The notes under the pieces: generated by a model | The model's input: only the letters and a program-made list of their open reading frames with translations | The model's database searches: none | What the model was told of the DNA's origin: nothing | Assembly: GCA_965235115.1 (NCBI GenBank) | Contig: OZ249443.1 | Span: 3,658,001-3,722,000, forward strand | Direction of reading: 5' to 3' | DNA from: Laetmonice hystrix | Lineage: Eukaryota | Length of the DNA stretch: 64,000 bases | Translations under genes and position numbers: made by a program | In this document: positions 61,163-64,000 of the stretch, in pieces | Layout: the number at the start of each line of letters is the position of its first letter | Numbering within the stretch: position 1 is the first letter of the stretch

Positions 61163-62736
61163 CAAGCCTTTCGTTATTTTCTGACCTTCTCACATATCGA
61201 GTCCTGAGCTCACTAAAAGCTAAATGGGGTCAAACATCACGTGACCCGCACTCAGGAGAAGGATTGGGTGAGGACAGAAGAGCGCTGCCTGACCTGGGCG
61301 CGGTGTCTGCTTCCTCGTGACCTAGTTAGACATTGTGCTGTGAGAAACCTCTTGAGGTCATGGACCCAAGGGTCATCCTGAGCCGACCAACCTCGGTATT
61401 GATTGGTCGCAACCCTCGGTTACAACTCCATGGTTATATCCCACGGAATTGTGGGTAGGGGTTAGAAACTGAGACAGCTAGGCTTAGCATAGACGTCCCC
61501 ACGATTTCCAACGGGCGGGTCGAATTCGACTTCAGGGGGGCACCTGCATGGTCAGCACAGAGATACTAGTAGAAGAATTACGGGAAAATGGCAACTCGGC
61601 TTTATTATGAATCTTAAAAATTTTAGGGGCACCGTTGGCCATGGGGTCGTTCGCGCCCCGACCTCCGCCCCCCAGTCGATCCACAGATTTCCTGGATATA
61701 TTACCATGTGGATACCCGTTTTCTCCCCCGAACATGTCTGTTTATGCTGTTGCCATTGGAAACACCTGGTGGGGGTGGGGTTGTATTGGGTCCGTCCCTT
61801 CTGGAGAATCACGTTACATTGTATGCAGTGTAACCAATGGCATCGGACCACGAACCCGAATAGTGGATTGACCTAAAATGAAGTCATAACACAGAACTAA
61901 CCTAATATGGTATTCGATGTCTGCCATTTATGGTAGATTTCCATAATATGGGTGATCTGTTGCTTCTTGTAAATATTGCAGGCTAATGCATATTACAGAA
62001 TGGCGTTTTGAAAGCAAAGAAACACGATCTATGTATGGAGGTGAGGTGGTACTTGTGGACGCCAGAGTCACGAGAGGGGAAGACCATGCAGCGTCTGACC
62101 ATGTAAGCGTTCACGCAATGAGGCCCCTCCACCCTCTACCCCCCTCCACCTCCTCCACCCCCTTCACCCCCCTACCCCCTCCACCCCCTACCCCCCTCCA
62201 CCCATGCAAACCACCACCCGGCACTAAACCTCCGAAATGGAAGTGGCCGCAGCCATCACGCTAACCCCGCTTACATTGGTCGGCGGGGTAGTTGAGGACA
62301 CCAATCGAAATGCCGATAACATTTTGGGAGCGAGTGATCGGCTGCTAACTCATCACTGGCGAGTCGGGATCGAGAGGACTGTACCGGGGAGATGGTGGGG
62401 TAGGGGGTGGGGTGGTGGTGGGGTGGTGGGGTGGGGGTGGGGTGGGGTGGAGTGGGGTGGGGTAAAATCGACTGGGTGCACGTTAGAGGCGGCCCCTCTG
62501 CCTGGACTAGGTACTCTCCTTACATGAACTCTTCATGCAAGACTGAGGTCAAACATAATGTGTCTCTTGAATAAGTTTAGAAAAAGTGCCCAATATTGAG
62601 GTTCAATTTTAAGATTGCGATGATTGGGACAGGGGTCGGAGGTCAGAAGTTGTGATGGCGTCATGGGATCCACCTAACGACAGGATTTTGCATCGGGAAA
62701 TGAAGATATTAGTGAAAATATGAGAGTGATAATACT

Positions 62737-64000
62737 CCTCTCCCCCATACATACATGCAGGTCTTTACTCCCCTCCCCCACACATACATGTAGGTCTTTA
62801 CGTCCCTCCCCCACACATACATGTAGGTCTTTACTCCCCTCCCCCACACATACATGTAGGTCTTTACGTCCCTCCCCCACACATACATGTAGGTCTTTAC
62901 TCCCCTCCCCCACACATACATGTAGGTCTTTACGTCCCTCCCCCACACATACATGTAGGTCTTTACTCCCCTCCCCCACACATACATGTAGGTCTTTACG
63001 TCCCTCCCCCACACATACATGTAGGTCTTTACGTCCCTCCCCCACACATACATGTAGGTCTTTACTCCCCTCCCCCACACATACATGTAGGTCTTTACTC
63101 CCCTCCCCCACACATACATGTAGGTCTTTACGTCCCTCCCTCACACATACATGTAGGTCTTTACGTCCCTCCCCCACACATACATGTAGGTCTTTACGTC
63201 CCTCCCCCACACATACATGTAGGTCTTTACTCCCCTCCCCCACACATACATGTAGGTCTTTACTCCCCTCCCCCACACATACATGTAGGTCTTTACGTCC
63301 CTCCCCCACACATACATGTAGGTCTTTACTTCCCTCCCCCACACATACATGTAGGTCTTTACTCCCCTCCCCCACACATACATGTAGGTCTTTACGTCCC
63401 TCCCCCACACATACATGTAGGTCTTTACGTCCCTCCCCCACACATACATGTAGGTCTTTACTCCCCTCCCCCACACATACATGTAGGTCTTTACTCCCCT
63501 CCCCCACACATACATGTAGTCTTTACGTCCCTCCCTCACACATACATGTAGGTCTTTACGTCCCTCCCCCACACATACATGTAGGTCTTTACTCCCCTCC
63601 CCCACACATACATGTAGGTCTTTACGTCCCTCCCCCACACATACATGTAGGTCTTTACTCCCCTCCCCCACACATACATGCAGGTCTTTACGTCCCTCCC
63701 CCACACATACATGTAGGTCTTTACGTCCCTCCCTCACACATACATGTAGGTCTTTACGTCCCTCCCCCACACATACATGTAGGTCTTTACGTCCCTCCCC
63801 CACACATACATGTAGGTCTTTACGTCCCTCCCCCACACATACATGTAGATCTTTACTCCCCTCCCCCACACATACATGTAGGTCTTTACGTCCCTCCCCC
63901 ACACATACATGTAGGTCTTTACGTCCCTCCCCCACACATACATGTAGGTCTTTACGTCCCTCCCCCACACATGCATGTAGGTCTTTACGTCCCTCCCCCA
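62737..64000. repeat. 33-bp minisatellite, at least 38 copies, runs off the window
   Basis: CCCTCCCCCACACATACATGTAGGTCTTTAC(GT/TC). Confidence 0.98.

Noticed and set aside
62674-63976. 275-277 aa (VCVGEGRKDLH)n ORFs
   Set aside because: 33-bp minisatellite translations
207-64000. CRISPR array
   Set aside because: All arrays are head-to-tail repeats without unique spacers, there are no cas genes and the context is eukaryotic
207-64000. Selection for unit lengths divisible by 3
   Set aside because: About a third of the arrays have 3n units, as expected by chance

Overview
Eukaryotic, probably metazoan genomic DNA. The organism cannot be determined; a repeat-rich marine invertebrate is an inference from the MITE/SINE types and CTCF-like motifs. 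By my approximate tally about 27 kb (~42%) of the window is tandem repeat: roughly 30 arrays with mutually unrelated 13-110 bp units. The unique spacers contain several non-autonomous DNA transposons (two TA-flanked Tc1/mariner-like, three other palindromic MITEs, one 32-bp minimal element), a tRNA-derived SINE beside a 265-N assembly gap, promoter-like CpG-rich patches and candidate spliced exons on both strands. I could not assign any protein family, and all long ORFs in the track come from tandem repeats. There is no rRNA, intact tRNA, CRISPR array or autonomous transposase/RT. The most unusual structures are: a 6.87-kb segment bracketed by 192-bp inverted repeats (191/192 identical) that holds the best exon-like ORF; a minisatellite whose units are each a complete GT...AG intron-like sequence; and two cases where a minisatellite appears to have grown out of a small mobile element.
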